From Deinococcales bacterium (lineage in GTDB: Bacteria > Deinococcota > Deinococci > Deinococcales > JAAFIG01), in NCBI GenBank assembly GCA_043778225.1, contig JAYWGM010000028.1:44560-108559 (forward strand): 64,000 bases of DNA, written 5' to 3'. The notes below the pieces were generated by a model, which was not told the DNA's origin, made no database searches, and saw nothing but the letters and a program-made list of their open reading frames with translations. Positions 1-7,230 of this stretch are shown here, in pieces (position 1 is the stretch's first letter; each line of letters opens with the position of its first letter). A program made the position numbers and the translations under genes.

Positions 1-905
1 AAGGTGTGCAGTCCGACTTCTAAGGCAGACTCGAGTTTGCCATCCAAAAACAGCGCACCTTGGTGATATTCTGGCACAAGCGCATACTCAATCAGTGGCT
101 CAAGCGGCGTGCCTTTGGCAGCTTTGGCAAGCGCAAGCGGCACGTTCAGGTTAGCGGTCTCGAGCATTTCAACTCGAGTAGCCGCATCGAGCATCAAAAG
201 CGTATTGCTGTTGGGCGCAAAAACCGCCACAATTGCCGCACTGCGGCGAACGATGGCAATTTCAGTATCGCCCAATTCAAGTCGGGTCAATTGCACCAAC
301 CACGCTGGATTGGCTGCCAAAATCGCTTCGGCAAGCGGCTTTGGCAGTGGCATCGCCACACCTTGTAGCGCCACTACAATTTCCTCGAGTCCACGCCAGT
401 AAATACGGCGCTGCCCACTTTGCACCAAGTCTTGTACCACTCCGCCGCGAGTCACGACTGCAAATTGCAAGGCAGCAGGGGCAACTTCGACAAAAAATTT
501 ATTCAGCACAACTTTATTTCGCACTTGTGCCAAACGCATTCCAGCCTCGATCATCAAGCCATGTTCGATTTTGAATAGCTCAATTTGCATGGCAGCAAAA
601 CCTTTCCAGTACAAAACTTGGCTGTTTGGCGCAACCACCTCAAGAATTTCATCGCCTCGAGAAACCAGTGCCACTTCAAGTGCGCCCGTTTGCACCACCG
701 CAAAGTGCTTGTTGACCACATCGGAACGCCGCTCGAGTAAAAAATTGGTCAGTTCGTGTTCAAATCGAGTCTCGAGGGCAAAACGCTGGACAGCATAACC
801 TGTGCCATAAACTGTATTCGCACCAGCCTCGAGAATCCGAACAAAACGCCCATGACGGGTCAGAATACCTTTTTCCGTGTCTTTAATCGCAAAATTTTGA
901 ATCAT
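1..905 (-). CDS. Slipin (SPFH/band-7) family protein, N-terminal part; runs off the window edge
   Basis: Not in the ORF track because no stop falls inside the window. Manual translation from the ATG at 905 (GAGG RBS upstream) gives 301 open codons: MIQNFAIKDTEKGILTRHGRFVRILEAG...LVPEYHQGALFLDGKLESALEVGLHT. The repeated V/IxxxExGLLxxxGxxxxxLxxG units match the N-terminus of rtcB-associated slipins. The SPFH domain itself would lie beyond the edge. Confidence 0.75.
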   Translation of the reverse strand, partial: MIQNFAIKDTEKGILTRHGRFVRILEAGANTVYGTGYAVQRFALETRFEHELTNFLLERRSDVVNKHFAVVQTGALEVALVSRGDEILEVVAPNSQVLYWKGFAAMQIELFKIEHGLMIEAGMRLAQVRNKVVLNKFFVEVAPAALQFAVVTRGGVVQDLVQSGQRRIYWRGLEEIVVALQGVAMPLPKPLAEAILAANPAWLVQLTRLELGDTEIAIVRRSAAIVAVFAPNSNTLLMLDAATRVEMLETANLNVPLALAKAAKGTPLEPLIEYALVPEYHQGALFLDGKLESALEVGLHT

Positions 906-925
906 ATAAAACCTCTGGGGTGAAA

Positions 926-1001
926 GCGACCATGCCCGATAGCGACCCAGCCCGTCAGGTGCATCTTTAGGGTCAAGAAGGTGCGTGCTTATGGTCAAGA
1001 A
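926..1001 (+). mobile_element. Two nested copies of a ~38-nt hairpin mini-element (outer 926-941 plus 980-1001; inner 942-979)
   Basis: Outer copy GCGACCATGCCCGATA|GGTGCGTGCTTATGGTCAAGAA is interrupted at its loop by GCGACCCAGCCCGTCAGGTGCATCTTTAGGGTCAAGAA. The same motif recurs at 1334, 53398, 53487 and 53515. Confidence 0.75.
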
Positions 1002-1060
1002 AGGGTTAAAAGGTTAAAAGGTTAAAAGTTAAGGGCAGAACAGTTACTTTTTCCCTTTTT
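1002..1060. repeat. Short tandem AAAAGGTT octamer array with a degenerate complementary arm
   Basis: agggtt aaaaggtt aaaaggtt aaaagtt ... ttactttttcccttttt; same family as 37734-37811. Confidence 0.6.
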
Positions 1061-1067
1061 CTTCTTG

Positions 1068-1259
1068 CCAACCTTATCTCGAGTATTTCGAGTTTCGCAT
1101 GAGCTTTTGGGCGCGTGTTCACTGGCTTGAAGGCGGCTCGAGCCGACGTTCACTCGAGGGTGGCGGTTCAGGTGGGCGAATCGGTGCTTTGTGCCGATAG
1201 GAGACTCGAGGCTTTTGGCTGTACACCCTTAAAGGGCAAGCAACTCGAGACAAAGCTGG
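1068..1259 (-). ncRNA. Candidate ~190-nt structured ncRNA (possibly Y-RNA-like)
   Basis: In minus sense CCAGCUUUGUCUCGAGU (1259-1243) pairs with ACUCGAGAUAAGGUUGG (1084-1068), giving 17 bp with three G-U pairs. Internal hairpins are GCCCUU/AAGGGU, AUCGG/CCGAU and CGGC-UCGA-GCCG. Confidence 0.5.
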
Positions 1260-1291
1260 TGGTGCTTGGGTCAACGATTTTGCTTATCGTT

Positions 1292-1401
1292 TGGTGATTT
1301 ATGGGAGTCGAACCCATTACCGTCAGTTTATAAGCGACCCTGCCCGCGAGGTGCGTCTTAGGGTCAAGAAGACTGATGCTCTAACCAGTTGAGCTAAAAC
1401 C
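1292..1401 (-). tRNA. tRNA-like gene 3 (Ile-UAU-like), with a 37-nt insertion in the anticodon loop and a 5-bp acceptor stem
   Basis: GGTTT-TA-GCTC AACTGGTTA GAGC-A-TCAGT C[37 nt]TTATAA ACTGA-CGGTA-ATGGG TTCGACT CCCAT-AAATC-A-CCA. Confidence 0.8.
1334..1370 (+). mobile_element. 37-nt mini-element inserted in the anticodon loop of tRNA-like gene 3
   Basis: GCGACCCTGCCCGCGAGGTGCGTCTTAGGGTCAAGAA; removing it restores the 7-nt loop CTTATAA. Confidence 0.8.
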
Positions 1402-1402
1402 T

Positions 1403-1507
1403 TGGTAAAAGATGCAGGATTTGAACCTGCTTGCCCGTTTGGGCGCTCGAACAGTCGTTTGTGCGACTGCAACCCGAGTGCGTTTATCCAGTATCCGCCA
1501 ATCTTTT
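1403..1507 (-). tRNA. tRNA-like gene 2 (class II, Leu-like body) with an extended hairpin in place of the anticodon loop
   Basis: 7-bp acceptor AAAAGAT/ATCTTTT plus A-CCA; D arm GCG GATACTGGATAAA CGC; anticodon stem CTCGG/TCGAG enclosing 23 nt (GTT GCAGTCG CACAAA CGACTGT); variable arm GCCC AAAC GGGC; T arm GCAGG TTCAAAT CCTGC. Confidence 0.8.
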
Positions 1508-1508
1508 G

Positions 1509-1591
1509 TTTGATGAAAGGAATCGAACCTTTGACCTCTCGAGTGGTCAGTCAAATGACCAGCCAAGCGCTCTACCCCTGAGCCACATCAA
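1509..1591 (-). tRNA. tRNA-like gene 1 with an extended anticodon arm and no encoded CCA
   Basis: 6-bp acceptor TTGATG/CATCAA; D arm GCTC AGGGGTA GAGC; stem CTTGG/TCGAG enclosing 20 nt (C TGGTCA TTTGAC TGACCA C); AGGTC; T arm AAAGG TTCGATT CCTTT. Confidence 0.75.
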
Positions 1592-1607
1592 TTTATCTTT
1601 GTGCGAT

Positions 1608-1677
1608 ATGCAAGGTAAGCAGGGCTTATTTGCATCAGCGAGGCTATGCAAACCTCTGACCACGGCACGTGATGCAA
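1608..1677. promoter_or_regulatory. Candidate operator: four ATGCAA/TTGCAT half-sites upstream of the tRNA-like array
   Basis: ATGCAA at 1608, TTGCAT at 1630, ATGCAA at 1646 and 1672; includes ATGCAA-N16-TTGCAT and TTTGCAT-N10-ATGCAAA. Confidence 0.4.
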
Positions 1678-1801
1678 AAAGTGTACTCGAGAAGTCAAAA
1701 AAGTCCATGACTGATTTGGCTTACGCCAATGTGCCAATCGTCACGTTTAGCAAGCTGGTTTTTTCACGTCTGACAGAGGTAGTATACCGTATACTCGAGC
1801 C

Positions 1802-4552
1802 ATGCTTGAACGATTTTTTAGCTTGTTGGCTTGCAGCATAGGCTTGGTGGCTTGTCAGGACAAACCAATTTTAATTGTCAATCCGCCAGACAACAGCAGC
1901 CCAGCCTTACTTTGGTCAAATGCTGCCACATGGGGCGGGAGTGTACCAAGCGACAACAGCAGTGTGGTCATTCCAGACGGCAAACGCATTGTTTTAGATG
2001 TCAATGCCAATGTCAAAAACATTACCGTACTTGGAACGCTCGAGTTTAAGGACACCAACCTCAATCTTCAAACCGATTATATTGCTGTCCATGGTGCAAT
2101 GCGCTTAGGCAGTGCGATTAACCCATTTGCCTCCAGAGCCACCATTACCTTAAAAGGCAGCAATACCGAAGACATCATGAAGATGGGGTCTCGAGGTATT
2201 TTGGTGATGGGCGGCGAATTGTCGGTCTACGGCACAGCCCCCAAAGTTATCTGGACTAAATTAGCCGACCACAGCGCGGCTGGAGCTTTAAGTCTGAGTT
2301 TACTCGAGAATACAGCTTGGAAAACTGGCGACCAGATTGTGATTGCACCGACCGATTTTTACAACGATGGAAATTTCCAAAAATCCCCAGAGACCGAAAT
2401 GCTCGAGGTACAAAGTGCCAACGGCTCGAGTATCGGCTTAAAAAATGCTTTAAGTGGGGCGCGTTGGGGTAAATTGCAGTATGCCACCGAAAGCGGCATG
2501 AGTTTGAGTCAAGGCAGTATTACGCTGCCAAGTACATCGGCTCGAGACACGGGTGGCACTACCATTCCAACAGTGCTGGATGAACGGGCAGAAGTTGGCA
2601 ATGTCAGCCGCAACATTGTGATAGAAGCTGCCGACGACAACCTCTGGAAAGAACAAGGATTTGGCGCTCAGGTCATGATTATGGGCGAAACTGCCAAGAC
2701 CCATCTCGAGGGCATCGAACTACGGCGGGTTGGGCAAGCTGGCAAATTTGGGCGTTATCCGGTGCATTTTCATAATTTAAGTTACGACAGCACGGGCAAG
2801 GAATTAGCCGATGCAAACGCCACCCTCAAAAACTCGAGCATTTGGAATTCAAGTCAACGTTGTGTGGTGATTCATGGCTCGAACGGTGTTAAAGTGCAAA
2901 ATAATATTTGCTACAACATCAAAGGTCATGCAATTTTTCTCGAGGATGCAGTCGAGCGGCGCAACTTAATCGAAAATAATCTGGTATTGCGGGTACGCGA
3001 GCCTAAAAAAGCCCAAGCACTTTTGAAGCACGAAATTGGCGAAGCCTTTGGCGGTACGAGTTCTGGCTTTTGGATTGTTAATCCTGACAACACGCTGCGT
3101 GGCAATGTCGCCGCCGATGTTGTTGGGCATGGGTACTGGTTGGCTTTTCCAAAGACCACGCTTGGAGTCAACAACAACGTCAAGCTCAATCCGTACGCTG
3201 ACCAAGGAAAAATCATAGGCGCTCGCCCTGAAAGAATGCCGTTTGGGATTTTTGAAAACAACGTGGCGCACAGCATCCAAGACAATGGTGTGTTTATAGA
3301 TGCCGCTCCAACCGATGCTCGAGACGCAAGTGGCAACCAAATTGGCGAAACCGAAGGCGCAAAGTATGTCCCCATGCAGGGAGGTAAAGACTGGGATTAC
3401 GATTTTAGCAAGTGGGAACGCTTTACTTTGGCTAGAGTCACGACCTATAAAACAGGTTCGTACTGGGGCGGTGGTGGCGGCATCTGGAATCGTAACAGTT
3501 ACCCCAATTTTCTCGAGTGGGTTTCGGCAGACCATCAGGGCGGTTGGTTCGCTGGGGCTGGCGACGATGGCTTAATTGCCCGTAGCCTGATGGTTGGCAC
3601 AAGCCTCAATATTGGTGTGGCTCGAGCCAGCACCCAGCCTTTGGCAGCCTTAGCGAGTTATCACAGCACTTTTGACATGACCCAAAACATTATCCTCGAG
3701 TTTCCATTTGCCCAAGGCACGGAAAACAACCCAAGTGGTGTATTTATGACTGCCGATTATTACATCACACCAGTAGACAAAGGCTTAAAACGCAATCCAG
3801 ACAACAAGTTAGTCAATGCTCACCCCGGACGACGTGTACAGCCTTTTACAACCGAAAACTGGGCTTTGGCTGGCGCACTTTGGGATTACAACGGCTATTG
3901 GGGGAAGGCAGGCAATTATTGGGTTTATGACCAAGCCTTCTTTACATCTGGCACAAGCTGCACCCAAGTTGCACCAGTCGGCAAAAACGGCGCAAGTTGT
4001 GTTGGTCCATACTATGGCATTGGCGATTTTGTAACCAATTTTGACACCGACCGCTACGGTTTTAAGCACCCCATAGAAGCTACTCGAGTTGACTCGAACG
4101 GCACAACTTTGGACACTTGGAGTGTGGGCGACGGCAATACTGCCCCAAAATTGGGCAATATGCGCCATTTTGCAGCCGTCAAGAATGGGCGCTTTATGCT
4201 GCGTTTTCCTAAGCGCTCGGGTTCTGGGTACGAAATTCCACAGCGTTTTGAATCCACCGTGGATAACTTTCTGAGTGCCAGCGACGAAACTTTATTGGCG
4301 GTACAGTTTGATGGCACAAAAAACCCAAGCATTAGCCTCGAGAACGGCACAGAGACTCGCGCAATCAACTCGAGTGGGATAAATCTGGCAGCCGTAACAG
4401 CCGACTCGAGTGGCAAAACCTTTTTCTTTGACCGTGGCAATAACTTACTTTGGCTGAAATTAAAAGGTGGGCTGACCAAAAACCCCAATTGGAATCAAGA
4501 CCCGAAATCCAACGACCAGTTGTATCAATCTATGCGGCTCGAGATTAAGTGA
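1802..4552 (+). CDS. G8-domain beta-helix lipoprotein (CEMIP/TMEM2/fibrocystin-like)
   Basis: Lipobox GLVAC; G8 motif WSNAATWGGSVP...VVIPDGKRIVLD; DERAEVGNVSRNI; GRYPVHFH; RCVVIHGS; GHAIFLED; TATACT 6 nt before the ATG. Confidence 0.85.
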   Translation: MLERFFSLLACSIGLVACQDKPILIVNPPDNSSPALLWSNAATWGGSVPSDNSSVVIPDGKRIVLDVNANVKNITVLGTLEFKDTNLNLQTDYIAVHGAMRLGSAINPFASRATITLKGSNTEDIMKMGSRGILVMGGELSVYGTAPKVIWTKLADHSAAGALSLSLLENTAWKTGDQIVIAPTDFYNDGNFQKSPETEMLEVQSANGSSIGLKNALSGARWGKLQYATESGMSLSQGSITLPSTSARDTGGTTIPTVLDERAEVGNVSRNIVIEAADDNLWKEQGFGAQVMIMGETAKTHLEGIELRRVGQAGKFGRYPVHFHNLSYDSTGKELADANATLKNSSIWNSSQRCVVIHGSNGVKVQNNICYNIKGHAIFLEDAVERRNLIENNLVLRVREPKKAQALLKHEIGEAFGGTSSGFWIVNPDNTLRGNVAADVVGHGYWLAFPKTTLGVNNNVKLNPYADQGKIIGARPERMPFGIFENNVAHSIQDNGVFIDAAPTDARDASGNQIGETEGAKYVPMQGGKDWDYDFSKWERFTLARVTTYKTGSYWGGGGGIWNRNSYPNFLEWVSADHQGGWFAGAGDDGLIARSLMVGTSLNIGVARASTQPLAALASYHSTFDMTQNIILEFPFAQGTENNPSGVFMTADYYITPVDKGLKRNPDNKLVNAHPGRRVQPFTTENWALAGALWDYNGYWGKAGNYWVYDQAFFTSGTSCTQVAPVGKNGASCVGPYYGIGDFVTNFDTDRYGFKHPIEATRVDSNGTTLDTWSVGDGNTAPKLGNMRHFAAVKNGRFMLRFPKRSGSGYEIPQRFESTVDNFLSASDETLLAVQFDGTKNPSISLENGTETRAINSSGINLAAVTADSSGKTFFFDRGNNLLWLKLKGGLTKNPNWNQDPKSNDQLYQSMRLEIK

Positions 4553-4553
4553 T

Positions 4554-6290
4554 TTAGGGATAGACATTGGCATTGGTGGCTGCGCCCATACTGCCCATTT
4601 GGGCGGGTGGGCAAACACCGCCAGGAGCGCCAAAGTTGCCCAGTAACCCAGCTATTAGCGTGTTGTTGCTGGCAGAAAAAACCATATGGCCAGAGGCTAA
4701 TGAATAAACCCCGCCACCAATCGCATCGCCACCGTTACCGCCATTGGTGGCTTGAACAAGACATTGGGTTGGTGAGGAAACCGAATTAAAACCAGTCCCA
4801 CCATTGCCGCCCCAAGCCAAATTATCTTTGATTTCTGAAGCAATGATTTTTAAGGCACTGCTCGAGGTTGCCGCACTATAAATGCCAGCCCCATAGGCAT
4901 GACCGCCATTTTGACCCGCCACACTCAGCGATCCATTCGCCCCGTTGCTCCCTGTAGCCGTGTTATTGCTGATTTGGCTGTACTCAATACTCAAAGCCCC
5001 ATTGGTGGTGCTAAAAATTCCGCCGCCTCGAGCCACTAAAAGCGCAGCAGGCAGACCAAGAACCGCAGTTGTGCCTTTGACTTGGTTTGAAGTTATTTTC
5101 ATCCCAATCAAGCGCGTGGTGGTATCAACTAAAATTCCCGCCCCACCAAAGTTAGTGCCATTGTGGGTGAGTCTGCCATCTTTAATTGTAAAACCACCCA
5201 GCACCACAGTTTTTCCAGTGCCTGTGGTCTCGAGAACCCGAGAAGCAAAACTTCCAGACAGTGACACATTCGCCCCGCCATACAACCCAATGGACTTATT
5301 GATCACCAGTGGGCTACCAACCCCGATGGTGGTATCAAAACAAATGCCATCCCCTTGGGTCGCATTGGCAACAGCATTGGTCAGTGCGTTCACACCCGAC
5401 ACAATTATATTCACGGCTGGCACGGTTAAATGGGTGCTGACGGCATCTGAACCTATTCCGCCCAATTTACCCGCCACCCTAAGGTCATGAATAAATTTGA
5501 GGTTCGTAGTGGTATCACCACACGCCTGTCCACCCAGCATCGTGACTTTACGAGTGCCGCTCGGCACAGCACTTAAACCCGCCACTGTCCCCGCAATCTG
5601 TTCCTCGAGACTCTGGACAAGTTCGTTGACCCCGCCTTCGGAAAATAAAAAAGTCAGGCTAAAACCATATGTACCAGAAGTTTGGTTTGGCACACTCAGG
5701 GAAAGGGTGACTGTGGCTGTTTCGTTTGGGGCAATGGTTCTTGGATTGCTGTCCAAGTTCGTATCGCCAACCCGTTGCTGCATTAAATAACCAAATCCAA
5801 GCGGGTATTCGCCAACCCCAAGGGCAGCCCCAGCTTCGGTGGCTCGAGTATTGATTTCACTTTGATTAAAAAGTTGTAAATCGGCGGCATTTGAATCCAC
5901 TGTACTCGCATTGCAATCCATACCGTGACTCGACACGATGGCTCGAGGGTTAGGCGTAGTTGCACCACCAAAATTAACAATCGCTTTGAGGGCTGTACCA
6001 TCGGCATTACCAGATTTGTGATAGGCATGAAGCAGCAGATTATTGAGGGTTGAGTTGGTGTTGTTGGTGAACCGAAAACTGCGTCGTAAATAGCGCAAGC
6101 CCTTGGTCATGTCATCGCAGACTGCCACGGCTGCCAGTGGCACAAAACTCAAGGCGGTATCGGGCAGGACTGCCGCTTGGGTCAAGACATTGGACATTGG
6201 TAACTCGAGTGCGCCAAGTGTTTGCGGACTCGGTTGTGGGTTTTGCTGACAAGCCAAGAGACCAACAAAAAGAACAATCAACCGCTTCAT
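4554..6290 (-). CDS. Lipoprotein with a C-terminal Gly-rich beta-helix/Pmp-like repeat region
   Basis: Lipobox LLAC; GGAGI/GGGIF/GGGVY and GGNGG repeats; 578-aa ORF. Confidence 0.7.
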   Translation of the reverse strand: MKRLIVLFVGLLACQQNPQPSPQTLGALELPMSNVLTQAAVLPDTALSFVPLAAVAVCDDMTKGLRYLRRSFRFTNNTNSTLNNLLLHAYHKSGNADGTALKAIVNFGGATTPNPRAIVSSHGMDCNASTVDSNAADLQLFNQSEINTRATEAGAALGVGEYPLGFGYLMQQRVGDTNLDSNPRTIAPNETATVTLSLSVPNQTSGTYGFSLTFLFSEGGVNELVQSLEEQIAGTVAGLSAVPSGTRKVTMLGGQACGDTTTNLKFIHDLRVAGKLGGIGSDAVSTHLTVPAVNIIVSGVNALTNAVANATQGDGICFDTTIGVGSPLVINKSIGLYGGANVSLSGSFASRVLETTGTGKTVVLGGFTIKDGRLTHNGTNFGGAGILVDTTTRLIGMKITSNQVKGTTAVLGLPAALLVARGGGIFSTTNGALSIEYSQISNNTATGSNGANGSLSVAGQNGGHAYGAGIYSAATSSSALKIIASEIKDNLAWGGNGGTGFNSVSSPTQCLVQATNGGNGGDAIGGGVYSLASGHMVFSASNNTLIAGLLGNFGAPGGVCPPAQMGSMGAATNANVYP

Positions 6291-6294
6291 GGAT

Positions 6295-7230
6295 TTATGC
6301 TAACACTTGCTGTAAAAAACTTGGGTCATAATTACCACCAGAGACAATACACACGGTTTTACCCCTTGGCGTAAACACCCCAGAGCGAATTGCCGCCGTG
6401 GTCAGTGCGCCGGTTGGTTCAACTGCCAGTTTGGTCTCGAGAAACAAATGGCGCATGGCTTCAAGAACCGCATCTTCGGATACAGTCATCATATCGTCCA
6501 CCAAGCTCGAGATGATTTCGTAATTCAACACGCCAAGCCCTTGGGTTCGCACCCCATCGCAGATGGTTCTTGTCACCAGACTGGCATCCCACGAACGGCG
6601 CTCTTTGGCATAAAACGATTCTTTGGCATCAGCCGCCAATTCTGGTTCGACCCCAATCACTTTGGTTTTGGGCGATAGCGCTTTAATCGCCACCGCGATT
6701 CCAGCCAGTAGTCCACCGCCACCAACACAAACCAGAACCGTATCCACATCGGATAAATCCTGCACAATCTCAAGTCCGATTGTGCCTTGCCCGGCAATCA
6801 TTCTGGCATCATCGAATGGCGCGATGTACTCGAGACCACGTGAATCCCGAAGATTCATGGCGACCTGCATCCGCAAATCCGAGGCATTTGGGCAACGCAC
6901 GATTTCTGCTCCCCAAGCGGCTGTTCGGTCTACTTTAATTTGTGGGGCATTGTGTGGAATTACAATTGTGCTTAGAATACCGTGCATAAAAGCTGCCGCC
7001 GCCACACCTTGGGCATGGTTGCCGCTCGAGTCTGCCACAACACCCATAGCCCTCGTTTCGGCACTCAGGCTCGAGATGGCATTGTATGCACCACGGAACT
7101 TAAAACTGCCCGTGACTTGCAGATTCTCGGGTTTGAGCCAGATTCCAGCCTCGAGCGGTAAGAGTGGGGTATGCCGCGCCACACCCACAATTCGAGCGGC
7201 TGCCGCTTGCACATCGGATAAGCCCACCAT
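6295..7230 (-). CDS. Threonine/serine dehydratase (PLP, fold type II)
   Basis: KPENLQVTGSFKFRGA, SSGNHAQG, VGGGGL, VSGGN motifs. Confidence 0.92.
   Translation of the reverse strand: MVGLSDVQAAAARIVGVARHTPLLPLEAGIWLKPENLQVTGSFKFRGAYNAISSLSAETRAMGVVADSSGNHAQGVAAAAFMHGILSTIVIPHNAPQIKVDRTAAWGAEIVRCPNASDLRMQVAMNLRDSRGLEYIAPFDDARMIAGQGTIGLEIVQDLSDVDTVLVCVGGGGLLAGIAVAIKALSPKTKVIGVEPELAADAKESFYAKERRSWDASLVTRTICDGVRTQGLGVLNYEIISSLVDDMMTVSEDAVLEAMRHLFLETKLAVEPTGALTTAAIRSGVFTPRGKTVCIVSGGNYDPSFLQQVLA

Noticed and set aside
60..798. Plus-strand ORFs 60-368, 109-402, 233-574 and 571-798
   Set aside because: They are shadows of the minus-strand slipin CDS at 1-905.
926..1370. Mini-element repeats as a CRISPR array
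   Set aside because: Copies are nested or dispersed, there are no regular spacers, and no cas genes are present.
1334..1370. Insertion as an HDV-like/theta ribozyme or an archaeal bulge-helix-bulge intron
   Set aside because: I could not build the nested pseudoknot or a 3-4-3 motif, and the tetraloop varies freely between copies.
1403..1591. Reading the array as circularly permuted YrlA-type RNAs spanning adjacent units
   Set aside because: Cross-unit acceptor pairing is only about 3 bp, versus 6-7 bp in the normal tRNA order. It is less likely but not excluded.
1292..1591. Ordinary functional tRNAs
   Set aside because: None has a 7-nt anticodon loop, and two have shortened acceptor stems.
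1115..1841. Short ORFs 1115-1297, 1381-1566 and 1431-1841
   Set aside because: They overlap tRNA-like and structured RNA sequence and show no protein motifs.
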